The notes under the pieces are model-generated. The model had not been told where the DNA came from. It made no database searches and worked only from the letters and a program-made list of their open reading frames with translations. Positions 46,465 through 56,854 of a stretch of DNA of 64,000 nucleotides are shown piece after piece. The translations under genes and the position numbers were made by a program. Origin of the DNA: Chloroflexota bacterium. Its GTDB lineage: Bacteria; Chloroflexota; UBA11872; VXOZ01. Location: assembly GCA_963663275.1 (NCBI GenBank), contig OY760183.1, positions 1,664,001 to 1,728,000 of the forward strand. The letters are read 5' to 3'. Numbering within the stretch: position 1 is the first letter of the stretch; every line of letters begins with the position of its first letter.

Positions 46465-49400
46465 TCAGGGCGCCGGAATCCTTAGGCGTTGGCCGGCGAA
46501 GATCACATCAGGATCAGTGATCTCGTTCAACTCCGCCAGCGCCGCCACGGTCACGCCGAACTCCTGGGCGATGGCGGTGAGCGTGTCGCCGGCCTGCACG
46601 ACGTACTCGGCGGTTTCGGGCAGCGGAGTCGGCGGCGTGGGTGCGGGGGCCGGTGTTGGTGAACTGCCGGGCGTCGGAGCCGGCGCGGGAGTTGGCTGCG
46701 GCGTCTGTGGCGCCGCCAGCAATTGGGGCGTGGCGGTTGGCGTCGCGGGCGGCGTCGCTGCCGCCGCCGCGCTGGCGCCGGTGGATGCCGCCGCGGTATC
46801 CGGATACCAGACGTTGCGGGTCGCGAACGTCACCGCAATGAGCGCGGCGACGGATACAAAGACAATTCCCCGCGCCAGGCCCTGGTCGCCCCCAAGGGGC
46901 GCTCTGGTACCGGCGGGGAGGAGCGGCCACCAGTTGGCGCGCACAGAGGCCGGCCACCAATTCGCGCTGCCCACCAAGGTGGCAATACCGGGCACCAGCA
47001 GCGAGCGCACGACCAGCGCGTCGATGAGGATTCCCAGCGCGATGGCAGCGCCCGTTTGGAAGAGCATTTCCAGCGGCGCCGCCGTGAGCGCGCCAAAGGT
47101 GCCGGCCAGAATGACGCCGGCGGCGGTGATGATGGCGCCGGTGCGCGCCGAGGCCACGCGCACGCCCTCGCGCAGCGGCAGCGACGCGCTCTCTTCCCGG
47201 ATGCGGTGCACCAGGAAGACGTTGTAGTCCGCCCCGAGCGCGACGAGCATGACCATCATCGTCAGGGGCAAGAGGTAGTAGACCCCCTGGTGGCCGAGCA
47301 CGCCCTGGAAGAGGAGGGTCACGAGTCCCAGGCTGCTGCCGTACGAAAAGACGACGGTGGCGACCAGGTAGATCGGGGCGACCAGGCTGCGGAGCAGAAT
47401 GGCGAGAACGCCAAAGACTCCCACCACCGTCACGACGCCTACCGCTTGAATGTCCTGCCGGACGACGTGCCGCATGTCGGTAATCTCGGCGGTGGCGCCG
47501 CCGACGGAGATGCGCGCCGCGGACAACGGCCCCGCGCTCTGCCGCCGCAGCGTCTCGCGGATTTCCTCCAAGCCGTCGATTGCCGCCGCGTGCAGCGGAT
47601 CTTCCGCAAGGATCACGAAGAAGCGCATGGTCGCGCCGTCAGCCGAAATGAAGTGCGGCGTAAGCGCGCTCGCGGCCTGCGCCGCGCCGGGGAGCGCCGT
47701 GGGGATGAAGTACGGGTGCGGGTAGGCCGCGAAGACCGCGCGCAAGTTGGTGAGCGACTCCGCCGCAACCAAGATCGCCGGGGCAAGCGGATAGTCCGCG
47801 GACTCCGCGGCGGGCGGGCCGCTGGGCGTGAATTCCGCGTCCGGTCTCGAGTCGAAGAACGCCGCAAGCCGCTCAAGCCGGTCGGCTAGAGAGCCCGTGA
47901 GAGCGACAAACTGGGACTGCCGCGCCGCGCGCTGCTCGGCGGTGAGGCCGGACGACGCGGTCGAAGCCTGGGCGAACTGTTGGGCGGTCTCCAGCAGCGA
48001 GGCCGCTTCGCCGAAAGCCGGCTCCCCGCGAACGTCCGGGAACGCTGCGGCGAGTTCCACCAGATAACGGCTCGCTCCCGCCAATGCCGCCGTGGGGTCG
48101 GACGCGCCCGCGGACGGAGCGGGCGCGCGCAGTTGCTCCGCCATCTGCCGCAACTGCGCGCCGGGGTGGGCTTGGTTGCGGATGGCGGTGGTGATGATCG
48201 CCAGATGTGCCAGCGCGTCGCGCGCCTGTGTGAATTGCGCCCCCTGCGCCACGTCGGGAAAGGCGCTTCCCAACTCAGCCAGGTACGCCCGCAGCGCGTC
48301 CACCTGCGCCGCCAATGCGCCAAGCCGGTTCCCGGCCGGCGCTCCTTGATCTTCCGGCGGCGCGCGCAGGGAGGCCAGAATCTGGTCGAGTTGCCCCGGC
48401 ACCGAGAATACCGAGGCGGCGCCGTCGCCGGAGGGATCGATGAGGCTGCGGGTCTGCGCAACGTTGCTCAACGCCATGAGTTCATCCTGGAGCGCCGCGA
48501 GCGCCCGCAGGTACGGCGTGGACGTGAGGGCGGCGTCTTGCGGGAACTCGAGCAGCACCGACGCGGGGGCGAACTCGCCTGGCGGGTAGTGCCTGGCCAT
48601 GGCATCGAAGCCTTGGCGCGAATCCATGGACTTTGGCAGCGCCGCGATCATCGCGATGTTCTCGCGGAACTGTGTGAGACCCAGGTAGGGAAGAGCGAGA
48701 AGTACGGTGATGACGATCACCGGGATGAGCGGGCGAATGGCGACCAGGTTGCTCACCCGCACCCAGAACGCAGACGGTTGGGTATTCTCGACGCTGATCC
48801 TGCGCGGCCAGAAGAGATGGCGGCCAAAGAGGGAGAGCAAGGCGGGCGTCAGCGTAAGCCCGGCAAGCAGCGTGATGCCTACGGCAAAAGCCAGACCGGG
48901 CCCCATAGTCTGCAGGATGCCGAAGCGCGCCATGCCAAGGGCGGAGAGGCCGACCATCGTGGTAAGGGCGCTGGCGGAAATCACCGCGCCGATGCGCTGC
49001 ACGGAGCGTACCGCCGCTTCATACGCCGGATTCTGCGCCAGTTCCTCCCGAAAGCGCGAGATGAAGAAGAGCGAGTAGTCGGTGCCCGCGCCAAAGACGA
49101 GCACCACCATGTACGTATCGAGGAGCGACGAAATCTGCCAACCGGCCTGGGCCAGGTAGCCCAGAATGCCCCGGGACACGAGATACGCGAGCGTGATCGT
49201 GATGAGGGGGATGAGGACTGCCAGCGGGGACCGGTAGATGAAGAAGAGAAGGGCGATGACGAGCACAACCGTAACGATGCTGGTGCGGTCGGTGCTCTCG
49301 GCGACGCTGGCAACGAGATCGGTGCCAATCCCGGCTTCACCGGAGAAGTGCACCGTCAGCCCGTCCGGTATTCCCTGTTTCACACGCTCGCGGATGGCAT

Positions 49401-49848
49401 GGGTCAGATCGTCCGCCGCCGGCTGAAACGCCGCGATCGTGAGATTGACCGTGAGCAGCATGGCCGCGTTGTCCGGGCTGATCAGCGTGCCCGCCTGCTC
49501 CGGGTGGCTGAAGACGGAGACGACGTCCTGCACGATGGCCGGACCTTCGGGGGAAAGCAGCCAGTTGTGGATGTCCTCGGCAAAGGCGCGGTCGGCGGGG
49601 GTGAGGCCGCCCTCCCGCACAAAGACCAACAGGCCGCTGCCGGCGCTGCCGCCGGCCTCGAACTTCTCCGCCTCCAGCGCGCGGGCGGTGATGGAATCGG
49701 ACGCGGAGGGGAGGAAACTGGTCTGGTCGGATGAAGAAACGTCCCTGATGGAAGGGGCGGTGAGACCGAGGACCACCGCGAGGGCAATCCAAGAGAGAAT
49801 CACGAGGACGCGGAAGGACACGACGGCGTGCCCGATCGTGCGGAACAT
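46465..49848 (-). CDS. MMPL/RND transporter with extra TM helix, Pro/Thr linker and C-terminal LysM
   Basis: FGAGTDYSLF, ALGADYNVF, GAIITAAG, ANWWP; YVVQAGDTLTAIAQEFGV...N.I.DPDVIFAGQRLRIP. Confidence 0.88.
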   Translation of the reverse strand: MFRTIGHAVVSFRVLVILSWIALAVVLGLTAPSIRDVSSSDQTSFLPSASDSITARALEAEKFEAGGSAGSGLLVFVREGGLTPADRAFAEDIHNWLLSPEGPAIVQDVVSVFSHPEQAGTLISPDNAAMLLTVNLTIAAFQPAADDLTHAIRERVKQGIPDGLTVHFSGEAGIGTDLVASVAESTDRTSIVTVVLVIALLFFIYRSPLAVLIPLITITLAYLVSRGILGYLAQAGWQISSLLDTYMVVLVFGAGTDYSLFFISRFREELAQNPAYEAAVRSVQRIGAVISASALTTMVGLSALGMARFGILQTMGPGLAFAVGITLLAGLTLTPALLSLFGRHLFWPRRISVENTQPSAFWVRVSNLVAIRPLIPVIVITVLLALPYLGLTQFRENIAMIAALPKSMDSRQGFDAMARHYPPGEFAPASVLLEFPQDAALTSTPYLRALAALQDELMALSNVAQTRSLIDPSGDGAASVFSVPGQLDQILASLRAPPEDQGAPAGNRLGALAAQVDALRAYLAELGSAFPDVAQGAQFTQARDALAHLAIITTAIRNQAHPGAQLRQMAEQLRAPAPSAGASDPTAALAGASRYLVELAAAFPDVRGEPAFGEAASLLETAQQFAQASTASSGLTAEQRAARQSQFVALTGSLADRLERLAAFFDSRPDAEFTPSGPPAAESADYPLAPAILVAAESLTNLRAVFAAYPHPYFIPTALPGAAQAASALTPHFISADGATMRFFVILAEDPLHAAAIDGLEEIRETLRRQSAGPLSAARISVGGATAEITDMRHVVRQDIQAVGVVTVVGVFGVLAILLRSLVAPIYLVATVVFSYGSSLGLVTLLFQGVLGHQGVYYLLPLTMMVMLVALGADYNVFLVHRIREESASLPLREGVRVASARTGAIITAAGVILAGTFGALTAAPLEMLFQTGAAIALGILIDALVVRSLLVPGIATLVGSANWWPASVRANWWPLLPAGTRAPLGGDQGLARGIVFVSVAALIAVTFATRNVWYPDTAAASTGASAAAAATPPATPTATPQLLAAPQTPQPTPAPAPTPGSSPTPAPAPTPPTPLPETAEYVVQAGDTLTAIAQEFGVTVAALAELNEITDPDVIFAGQRLRIPAP

Positions 49849-50158
49849 CAAGCTATCCTCGCCCTGGCACGTGCAGAAAGGAGCGCTACGATGCGCGCTC
49901 CCGGTTTCGTTCGCTTGAGCAGCGCCCGTCAGCCCCCGGCGGACTCATTGTACCGCGCAGTACTCGTAGTCACAACGGGTACCGGCGGCAAGCGCGCGGC
50001 GCCGCAGTCCGTTCTCTCTTGCCGCTCTGTGCCGCACAATTGACTTCTGCCCCTCGAACGGGTTTCATGGTTGGTTATAGTGGTCCGCCCAACGCCGTTT
50101 CGCGCCGGCAGGATTTTGGCGCGGGACGGGTTAGCAACGAGGAGTAAGAGAGGCACTC

Positions 50159-50974
50159 ATGAAGAAAGGTCTCAACCGGGGCGCTTTGCCGGGCGATTGG
50201 CAGCCGCGCGAGATTCTGGATACCGCCAAGGCGGCGGGTTTCGACGGCGTGGAGTTGACGTTCGCGAACGAGGGGTCTCTGCACGTCAACCTCACCAATG
50301 ATGAGTTGCGGGCAATCCGCAAGCACGCGGAGTCCATCGGCCTGGAGTTGCCCAGCACCTACACCGGGTTGAACTGGCAGGTGCGCATGACCGCCGGAGA
50401 TGCGGACGAGCGGGCGCACGCGGCGCGCATCAACGAGCGCATGTTGGAAATCGCGCATGAGATCGGGGCGAATACGCTCCTGGTTGTGCCGGGCGTGGTT
50501 GACGAAGACACGGCCTACGACGACGCTTACAACCGGGCCCGCGACGCGCTCGGCGGGCTTGTGCCCAAGGCGCGCAGCCTGGGCGTGACGATCGGCGTCG
50601 AGAATGTGTGGAACAAATTCCTGCTCAGCCCGCTGGAGTTCGCCCGCTTCGTGGACGAGATCGATGATCCGCACGTCGGCGCGTACTTCGACGTGGGCAA
50701 CATCCTGGCCTACGGCTACCCGGAGCAGTGGATACGCATCCTCGGCAAGCGCATCGTGAAGTGCCACGTGAAGGATTTCGTGGTCCAGCGGCCTGGCGGC
50801 TACTTCACGACCTTGCTGGAAGGTTCGGTGGACTGGCCGGCGGTGCGCCGGGCATGGCAGGAAATCGGATACGACGACTTCGTGACGGTGGAGATTGGGC
50901 CGATGCGCCACAATCCGGCGCTGGGCGCGCGCATCATGGCGGAGTCCTTGGATACGATCTTCGGCCTGGAGTAG
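50159..50974 (+). CDS. Sugar phosphate isomerase/epimerase (xylose isomerase-like TIM barrel)
   Basis: GFDGVEL, ENVWNKFL, YFDVGN, HVKD. Confidence 0.88.
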   Translation: MKKGLNRGALPGDWQPREILDTAKAAGFDGVELTFANEGSLHVNLTNDELRAIRKHAESIGLELPSTYTGLNWQVRMTAGDADERAHAARINERMLEIAHEIGANTLLVVPGVVDEDTAYDDAYNRARDALGGLVPKARSLGVTIGVENVWNKFLLSPLEFARFVDEIDDPHVGAYFDVGNILAYGYPEQWIRILGKRIVKCHVKDFVVQRPGGYFTTLLEGSVDWPAVRRAWQEIGYDDFVTVEIGPMRHNPALGARIMAESLDTIFGLE

Positions 50975-51022
50975 CAGCGGCGGCGGAAGTCTCGCAGCGG
51001 CGAATCCTTCTCTCGATGCGGT

Positions 51023-51171
51023 CGCACTAACGTAGAGCGGGGGCGGGTCTTCTATTGGTGTCGCATCAACGCAGCGCGGGGGCTGGTTTTCTATTGGTGT
51101 CGCACTAACGTAGCGCGGGGTCTTGTCCCCTATTCGTGTAGCAATTGCGTAGCGCGGGGGCTTGTCCCCCG
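51023..51171 (+). repeat. Four degenerate ~39-bp tandem units built on GTAGCGCGGGGGCTTGTCCCCCGC
   Basis: Repeated cgcactaacgtagcgcgggg...ctatt(g/c)gtgt. Confidence 0.75.
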
Positions 51172-51289
51172 CCGGATGCGCGAGGAACGGACACGCAGAG
51201 GGTAGACCGAAGAAAGACGCAGGTTACGCGCGCGTCCGCTGCGAACCTGCGCTACCGGAATTGAGGGTCGCTGAGAGCCACGGCTTGTC

Positions 51290-51331
51290 ACAAGGTGTAG
51301 GGGCACGACTTGTCGTGCCCCTACACCTTGT
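51290..51331. repeat. GTAG REP palindrome, same family as 1049-1092 and ~56602
   Basis: ACAAGGTGTAGGGGCACGACTTGTCGTGCCCCTACACCTTGT. Confidence 0.85.
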
Positions 51332-51433
51332 TGACGTCAGGTCAGGGGCATTGTCAGCGCGGATTCGCCGTGGTTGCCAACGTCAGGGTTAAATGCGACA
51401 GCATTGCCCCCTCACCCCGGCCCTCTCCCCCAG

Positions 51434-51573
51434 GAGACCTTTGCATAACTCCGTCATTCCGGTGAAAACCGGAATCCAGAGCGGTTTTACACCTAAAGAT
51501 TGCATGATTTCAAGCCATTTCACCCCCCATCCCAACCTTCCCCCCAATGGGGAAGGGGTTACGCAAAGGTCTC
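51434..51573. mobile_element. MITE family A, intact 140 bp
   Basis: GAGACCTTTGCATAAC / GTTACGCAAAGGTCTC; CCCAG duplicated; in the loop of a CCCTCACCC repeat. Confidence 0.85.
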
Positions 51574-51675
51574 CCCAGGGAGAGGGTGTCTGGACCAGAA
51601 TGAGGGTGTCTAGACCAGGAAGAGGGTGTCAGTTCTTGTCATTTCGCGTGCGAGGCAGGAGGAGAGGACTTTGCG

Positions 51676-52629
51676 CTAGGGGGCGACGACGCCGAGGGAG
51701 CGGTAGAAGTCGTAGCGGCGCTCTACCAGGGTGGTGAGCGGCAGGGCGCGGAGTGCCTTCAACTCTTCGGCAAGAGCGGACTTGAGGGACTGAGCCGCGG
51801 CGCGGGGGTCCACGTGCGCGCCGCCGGGCGGTTCCGGCACGACGCGGTGGATGATGCCGAGCGCTTCCAGGTCGCGGGCAAAGGGCTTCAGGGAGCCGGC
51901 CGCCTCGGGCGCGAACTTCGCGTCTTTCCAAACGATGGAGGCCGCCCCCTCCGGCGAGGCCACCGAGTACATGCTGTGCTCCAGCATGAGCACACGGTCG
52001 CCGATGCCCAGGGCCAACGCGCCGCCGCTGCCGCCTTCGCCAATGACGGTGACGACGATCGGCGTGCGCAGCCGGCTCATGGTCAGCAGGTTTTCGGCGA
52101 TTGCCCACGCCTGGCCGCGTTCCTCATCGGCCAGGAAGGGGCTGGCGCCGGGAATGTCGAGGAAGGTGAAGAGCGGCAGCCCGAACTTTTCCGCCTGGAG
52201 CATCAGCCGCCGCGCCTTGCGGAAGCCCTCCGGATGCGCCATGCCGAAGTTGCGCTGCTGGTTGTCTTTGGCGTCCTTGCCCTTTTGGTGGCCCAGCGCC
52301 ATCACCGGCGTATCGTCCAGGCGCGCCGGCCCGCCGACCACGGCCAGATCGTCGCCATAGTGGCGGTCGCCGTGGAGTTCCACGAAGTCAGTGAAAGCGT
52401 GGCGGATGAAGTCCAGCGTGCGGGGCCGCTGCGGATGCCGCGCCAGTTGCACCCGCTCCCACGGCGAGAGTTGCGCGAACACCTCGGCCGTCTGTCGATC
52501 GAGCTCGGAGCGGAGGGCGTGCAGATCCTGCGCTACGCCGTCCGGCGCGCCGTTCTTGCGCCAGTCGGCCTCCAGGGCGTCGATGCGTTCGCGCAGAGCG
52601 GCAAGGGGTTGTTCGAATTCGTACGCCAT
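51676..52629 (-). CDS. accA: Acetyl-CoA carboxylase carboxyltransferase alpha
   Basis: ARHPQRP, LHGDR, GHQKG, RNFGM, EERGQ, GEGGSGGAL. Confidence 0.95.
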   Translation of the reverse strand: MAYEFEQPLAALRERIDALEADWRKNGAPDGVAQDLHALRSELDRQTAEVFAQLSPWERVQLARHPQRPRTLDFIRHAFTDFVELHGDRHYGDDLAVVGGPARLDDTPVMALGHQKGKDAKDNQQRNFGMAHPEGFRKARRLMLQAEKFGLPLFTFLDIPGASPFLADEERGQAWAIAENLLTMSRLRTPIVVTVIGEGGSGGALALGIGDRVLMLEHSMYSVASPEGAASIVWKDAKFAPEAAGSLKPFARDLEALGIIHRVVPEPPGGAHVDPRAAAQSLKSALAEELKALRALPLTTLVERRYDFYRSLGVVAP

Positions 52630-52631
52630 CG

Positions 52632-53558
52632 CTAGACTACCGTCTCCGCGTGCGCGCCGTCGCTCGACGGCGCCGAACCGTCCGCGCCGGGCTCCGCCGC
52701 CCGCGGCGCGTAGAGGCTGATCAAGCGGGCGAGGGCGCGGCGCAGGTCGCTGCGGGGCACGATGCAGTCCACCATGCCGCGTTCCAGCATGAATTCGGCG
52801 GAGTGGGTGCCGGCGGGCAGTTTGGCGTGGGTGATCTGCTCGATGAGGCGCGGGCCGGTAAAGCCAATCGTGGCCTGCGGTTCGGCGACGATCACGTCGG
52901 CGAGGGTGGCGAAACTGGCGGTGACGCCGGCCAGCGTGGGATCGGTGAGCACCGAGACGTAGAGCACGCCCGCCTCGTGCAGCCGCGACAGGGCGGCGGA
53001 GGTCTTGGCCATCTGCATGAGCGAGAACATGCCTTCTTCCATGCGCGCGCCGGCCGACGCCGACACGATGACCAGCGGCGTGCGGGTCTCCGTGGCAAGC
53101 TCGATGGCGCGGGTGATCTTCTCGCCCACGGCCGAGCCCATGGTGGCCATGAAGAAGCCGGTGTCGATGACGGCCAGCACCGCGGCCTGGCCGCGAATCG
53201 CGCCCGTGCCGTAGATGACGGCTTCCGGGATACCGGCTTTGCCCGCTTCGTCCTCGAGTTTCTGCTCGTAACTGCGCTCGGGCCGCTCGAACCCCAGGAC
53301 GTCCCGCGAGCGCATCTCGCCGTCGCGCTCCACAAACGAATCCTCATCGAGAAGATACTCGATGCGCTTGCGGGCGCTCAGGCGGGCGTGATGGCCGCAC
53401 TTGGGACAGACGCGGGCGTTCTGCGCGAACTCCGCGGCGTAGATCATCTCGCCGCAGCCGGCGCACTTCTCCCAGAGTTCGTCGGGCACGTCGGGCCGCC
53501 GCTGCCGGCCGGGCAAGAGGCCGAAGCGCCGTTCTTTGTTGCCGAATAGTCTCTGCAT
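52632..53558 (-). CDS. accD: Acetyl-CoA carboxylase carboxyltransferase beta
   Basis: LWEKC..C...CPKC zinc finger, GEKITRA, GARMEEG..SLMQMAKT, GVTASFA. Confidence 0.95.
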   Translation of the reverse strand: MQRLFGNKERRFGLLPGRQRRPDVPDELWEKCAGCGEMIYAAEFAQNARVCPKCGHHARLSARKRIEYLLDEDSFVERDGEMRSRDVLGFERPERSYEQKLEDEAGKAGIPEAVIYGTGAIRGQAAVLAVIDTGFFMATMGSAVGEKITRAIELATETRTPLVIVSASAGARMEEGMFSLMQMAKTSAALSRLHEAGVLYVSVLTDPTLAGVTASFATLADVIVAEPQATIGFTGPRLIEQITHAKLPAGTHSAEFMLERGMVDCIVPRSDLRRALARLISLYAPRAAEPGADGSAPSSDGAHAETVV

Positions 53559-53904
53559 AGGACGGATTGAGTCAAGGGGGTGTGAGAACCTACGAACGTA
53601 TTATACCAATGGCGGCACGCAAGGTATACGCTTTCACGTTGCGCTGGCAGGGGGAGGCGGGGAAAATCCACCATTCCCGGCGTCCGTGAGCGGTAAGCGC
53701 GAAGGCATTGCCCCCTCGTTCCGGGGAGAGGGAATGGAAAGCGGAGCGCGGGCCAGTCTTGTTCCCTCTCCCGCCGGGAGAGGGTTAGGGTGAGGGAGCT
53801 GAGGACCGGGGGTGCAGCACTTTTTCCCCTCACCCCGGCCCTCTCCCAGCGGGAGAGGGAGTGGAAGGCGGAGCAGGGGCCGATCCCGTTTCCCTCTCCC
53901 AGCG

Positions 53905-54044
53905 GAGACCTTTGCATAACTCTGTCATTCCGGCGAAAGCCGGAATCCAGGGCGCTTTTGCAACTAAAAACAGTATGAAGTCAAGCCATTTCACCCCCAT
54001 CCCAACCTTCCCCCTCAATGGGGAAGGGGTTATGCAAAGGTCTC
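53905..54044. mobile_element. MITE family A, intact 140 bp
   Basis: Perfect 16-bp TIR GAGACCTTTGCATAAC; CAGCG duplicated; within CCCTCTCCCAGCGGGAGAGGG. Confidence 0.88.
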
Positions 54045-54177
54045 CAGCGGGAGAGGGAGTCATTGGCGCTGCGAGGGCAAGCGGAGGAATGGGGCACAGC
54101 GGCATTGACGATAGGGATGGCGAGTGTTACCGTTATCTCGGTGGTAGTAGTTAGCCCCAATTCAAGGAGGGGTAGCA

Positions 54178-55575
54178 ATGATGAAAGCGCACGTTTCGCG
54201 ACGCGGATTCCTGGCGGGCGCCGGGGTTGGCGCGGCTACTTTGCTGGCGGCGGCCTGCGGCGTCCAGCCGGCGGCGGCGCCTGAGGCTGCGGAGCCGGAA
54301 GCAAAGGCGGAAGCGGAAGAATCCAAGGCCATGACCGAGCCGGGCGCGGTCGAAGGCGTGGTGACGGTCTGGAGTCCCACCAAGTACGACTTTGGCACCG
54401 ATACCGGCGGTGAGATCTCGAATGCCTTCCGCGAGGCGTATGACAACAAAGTTCGCGTGGTCGGCTCCACACCGGCCAGTCTGTGGAACACGATCATGAC
54501 CGCGGCCGCGGCCGGCGCGTCGCCGGACGTTGCCTCAGGCGGCGACTGGTTCTCGCCGGAGTGGGGCCTCACCGGCGTGGCGACCGACCTCTTGCCGCGC
54601 GTCAAGGCCTCCAACGTCGACATGAGCGAGTTCTGGGAATCGCTATTCCAGGAGAATTACTGGGACGGCAAGCTCTACGGCTTCTCGTATTCCCCCGACC
54701 TGCGGGTGATGTACATGCGGTCGGAGAGCTATCTGGAAGCCGGCCTCGACCCGGAGAATCCGCCCCAGTACTGGGACGAGATGGAAGAAGTGGTCGCCAA
54801 GACGTCCAAGCAGGACGCGGGCGGCGTGCTGACCGTCTCCGGCTACGCGCCCTTCTGGGGCAGCGGCGGCCACAACGAGTGGATCGTGCCCCTGACCCAA
54901 CTCGGCGGCTCGCGCTTCAGCGAGGATCGCTGGACGGTCACGATCAACAGCCCTGAGGCCGTGGAGGCGCTCACCTGGCTGAAGAAGATCTTCGACATCC
55001 AGGGCGGCTGGGATAACGTCAAGCAGCTCAGGGGCAGCGGCATCCGCTCCAACGTGCACTTCAAGGACGGCCGCATCGCCAACTACTGGGCGACGTACGC
55101 CGAGCGCGGCGAGTGGCTGCGGGTCAACGCGCCGGAACTGACCTTCCACTTCATGACGTATCCGCGCCCCCGCTCCACCGACAAGCACGCCACCTGGGGC
55201 GGCACGCATACCTGGCACATCGGCAATAGCGCGTCCAACCCGGACGGCGGCTGGGCGTTCATCGAGTTCGGGGCACGGCCCGAATGGAATCTGAAGTTCT
55301 GCAAGCGCTTCGACCGTATCCCCATTCGCATCGACGTGACCCACTCGGAGGAGTTCCACGAGAACGATCCATTCCTGCTGCTGCAGAATGAGATGATCCC
55401 CCATCGCGTGGGCAACGTGGGCATCCCCGGCGCCGAGGCTCTGCGCCGCCGCTGGCGCATCCCGTTGGTCGACGACGTGACCTCGGGCAAGTTGACGCCG
55501 CAGGAAGGCCTGGCGTCTGCCGAGCACGACATGCAGGCTATCCTCGACGAGTGGAAGGCCCGCATCGACGGCTAA
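54178..55575 (+). CDS. Sugar-type ABC extracellular solute-binding Tat lipoprotein; no adjacent permease
   Basis: SRRGFL, AAAC, DGKLYG, AGLDPENPP..WDE, INSPEAVEAL. Confidence 0.85.
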   Translation: MMKAHVSRRGFLAGAGVGAATLLAAACGVQPAAAPEAAEPEAKAEAEESKAMTEPGAVEGVVTVWSPTKYDFGTDTGGEISNAFREAYDNKVRVVGSTPASLWNTIMTAAAAGASPDVASGGDWFSPEWGLTGVATDLLPRVKASNVDMSEFWESLFQENYWDGKLYGFSYSPDLRVMYMRSESYLEAGLDPENPPQYWDEMEEVVAKTSKQDAGGVLTVSGYAPFWGSGGHNEWIVPLTQLGGSRFSEDRWTVTINSPEAVEALTWLKKIFDIQGGWDNVKQLRGSGIRSNVHFKDGRIANYWATYAERGEWLRVNAPELTFHFMTYPRPRSTDKHATWGGTHTWHIGNSASNPDGGWAFIEFGARPEWNLKFCKRFDRIPIRIDVTHSEEFHENDPFLLLQNEMIPHRVGNVGIPGAEALRRRWRIPLVDDVTSGKLTPQEGLASAEHDMQAILDEWKARIDG

Positions 55576-55611
55576 TCCACGGTCGCGTTAGGCGCTGAAC
55601 GCGCGAATTCG

Positions 55612-55648
55612 CACCCGCCCTGCGCTTGCGCAGGGCGGGTGGTTTTTT
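55612..55648 (+). terminator. Rho-independent terminator
   Basis: CACCCGCCCTGCG-CTTG-CGCAGGGCGGGTG followed by T6. Confidence 0.85.
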
Positions 55649-55790
55649 GTGTACGCGGACGCGCGCGTTGGCCGGTTCTGTGAGTAATGCGCGCTTCAGG
55701 TGCAATTTGGTGGAGCGCAGCGTAGAATTGTGCTAGGTGCGTGTGGGAAGTGACGCGGGCATCACGTCAGATTACCTTAGGAGTGCAGGC

Positions 55791-56513
55791 ATGGCCCTTT
55801 CCGATGATCAGATAAAGCTCTTTCGGCACAATGGATTTTTGCGTTTGCCGGGCCGGATGTCCGATGACACGGTGGCGCGGCTGAAAGCGGCAATTCGCAA
55901 AGACGTGGAGAACGAGGTTGAACCCTTCGTACGGGACAAGCACGGGGCCGTGATCCGGCTATCTCAGGTGCTCGACCGCGACCCAATCTTCAGAGAGACC
56001 GCCACCAGCCCGCTTGTGCTCGACTCCCTGGAATCGCTGCTGGGGCCGAACATCGAACTCATCACCAACCGGCATAACCACTCAACGCTCAACCCGCCGT
56101 CGCGCGGCTACACGGGACTGCACCGCGACGTGCTCCAGTGGACGCGGGACATCGTGACGGTGCTGTTCTACCTGGAAGAGGCTACGGTGGAGAACGGCTG
56201 CACCCACGTGGTGCCGGGCACGCACCTCTTCAATTGGATTCAGAATCCCGGCACGAAATCGAGCGTTGAGAGCGTCATCACCGACGAGATTCGCGCACAG
56301 GAAGTGCCGTTGCCCAGCCCGGCCGGCGGCCTGGCGGTGATCGACAGCCAGATCTTCCACCGCGTCGGCACGAACCTGACCGACGGCACGCGCACGAGCA
56401 TGACCATGGGCTACGTGAGCGTGGATGAACTGGCCGGCGTGCAAGACCCCTACCGGCTGCTGGTGCGGGGCGAGTCGGCCTACGGCGGCAACGTGGCGCG
56501 GAGCAAGATGTAA
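55791..56513 (+). CDS. PhyH family dioxygenase
   Basis: NGFL, LHRD, ENGCTHVVPGTH, IFHR. Confidence 0.85.
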   Translation: MALSDDQIKLFRHNGFLRLPGRMSDDTVARLKAAIRKDVENEVEPFVRDKHGAVIRLSQVLDRDPIFRETATSPLVLDSLESLLGPNIELITNRHNHSTLNPPSRGYTGLHRDVLQWTRDIVTVLFYLEEATVENGCTHVVPGTHLFNWIQNPGTKSSVESVITDEIRAQEVPLPSPAGGLAVIDSQIFHRVGTNLTDGTRTSMTMGYVSVDELAGVQDPYRLLVRGESAYGGNVARSKM

Positions 56514-56630
56514 ACCGGAACGGGCACGCGGCATCCCCCGTTAGGGGCATGACGGCGTATCACCGTCGATCATGGTCGGCAAGGATGGGCACGCCACGCC
56601 GGTAGGGGCACGACATGTCGTGCCTCTGCG

Positions 56631-56832
56631 CAGACCTTTGCATGTCTGGACCGGTAGGCGCTAAGAACCCCCTCTCCCTGGGGAGAGGGCCGGGGTGAGG
56701 GGGAATCCTCGCCAGTACCACCTCATTTCGCACGACTTTGGCATGAGTCGCCGCAGAAATTTCCCCTCACCCTAACCCTCTCCCCAGGGAGAGGGAACTG
56801 TTCGCCTCTCAGCGGGGCTCCGCAAAGGTTTC
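56631..56832. mobile_element. Degenerate element with family-A-like ends and different cargo (two CCCTCACCC repeats in opposite orientation)
   Basis: CAGACCTTTGCA ... CGCAAAGGTTTC. Confidence 0.5.
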
Positions 56833-56854
56833 CTCAGAGGTGATGTAGGCGGTT

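Noticed and set aside
51023-51171. Possible CRISPR array
   Set aside because: Degenerate tandem duplication with no unique spacers
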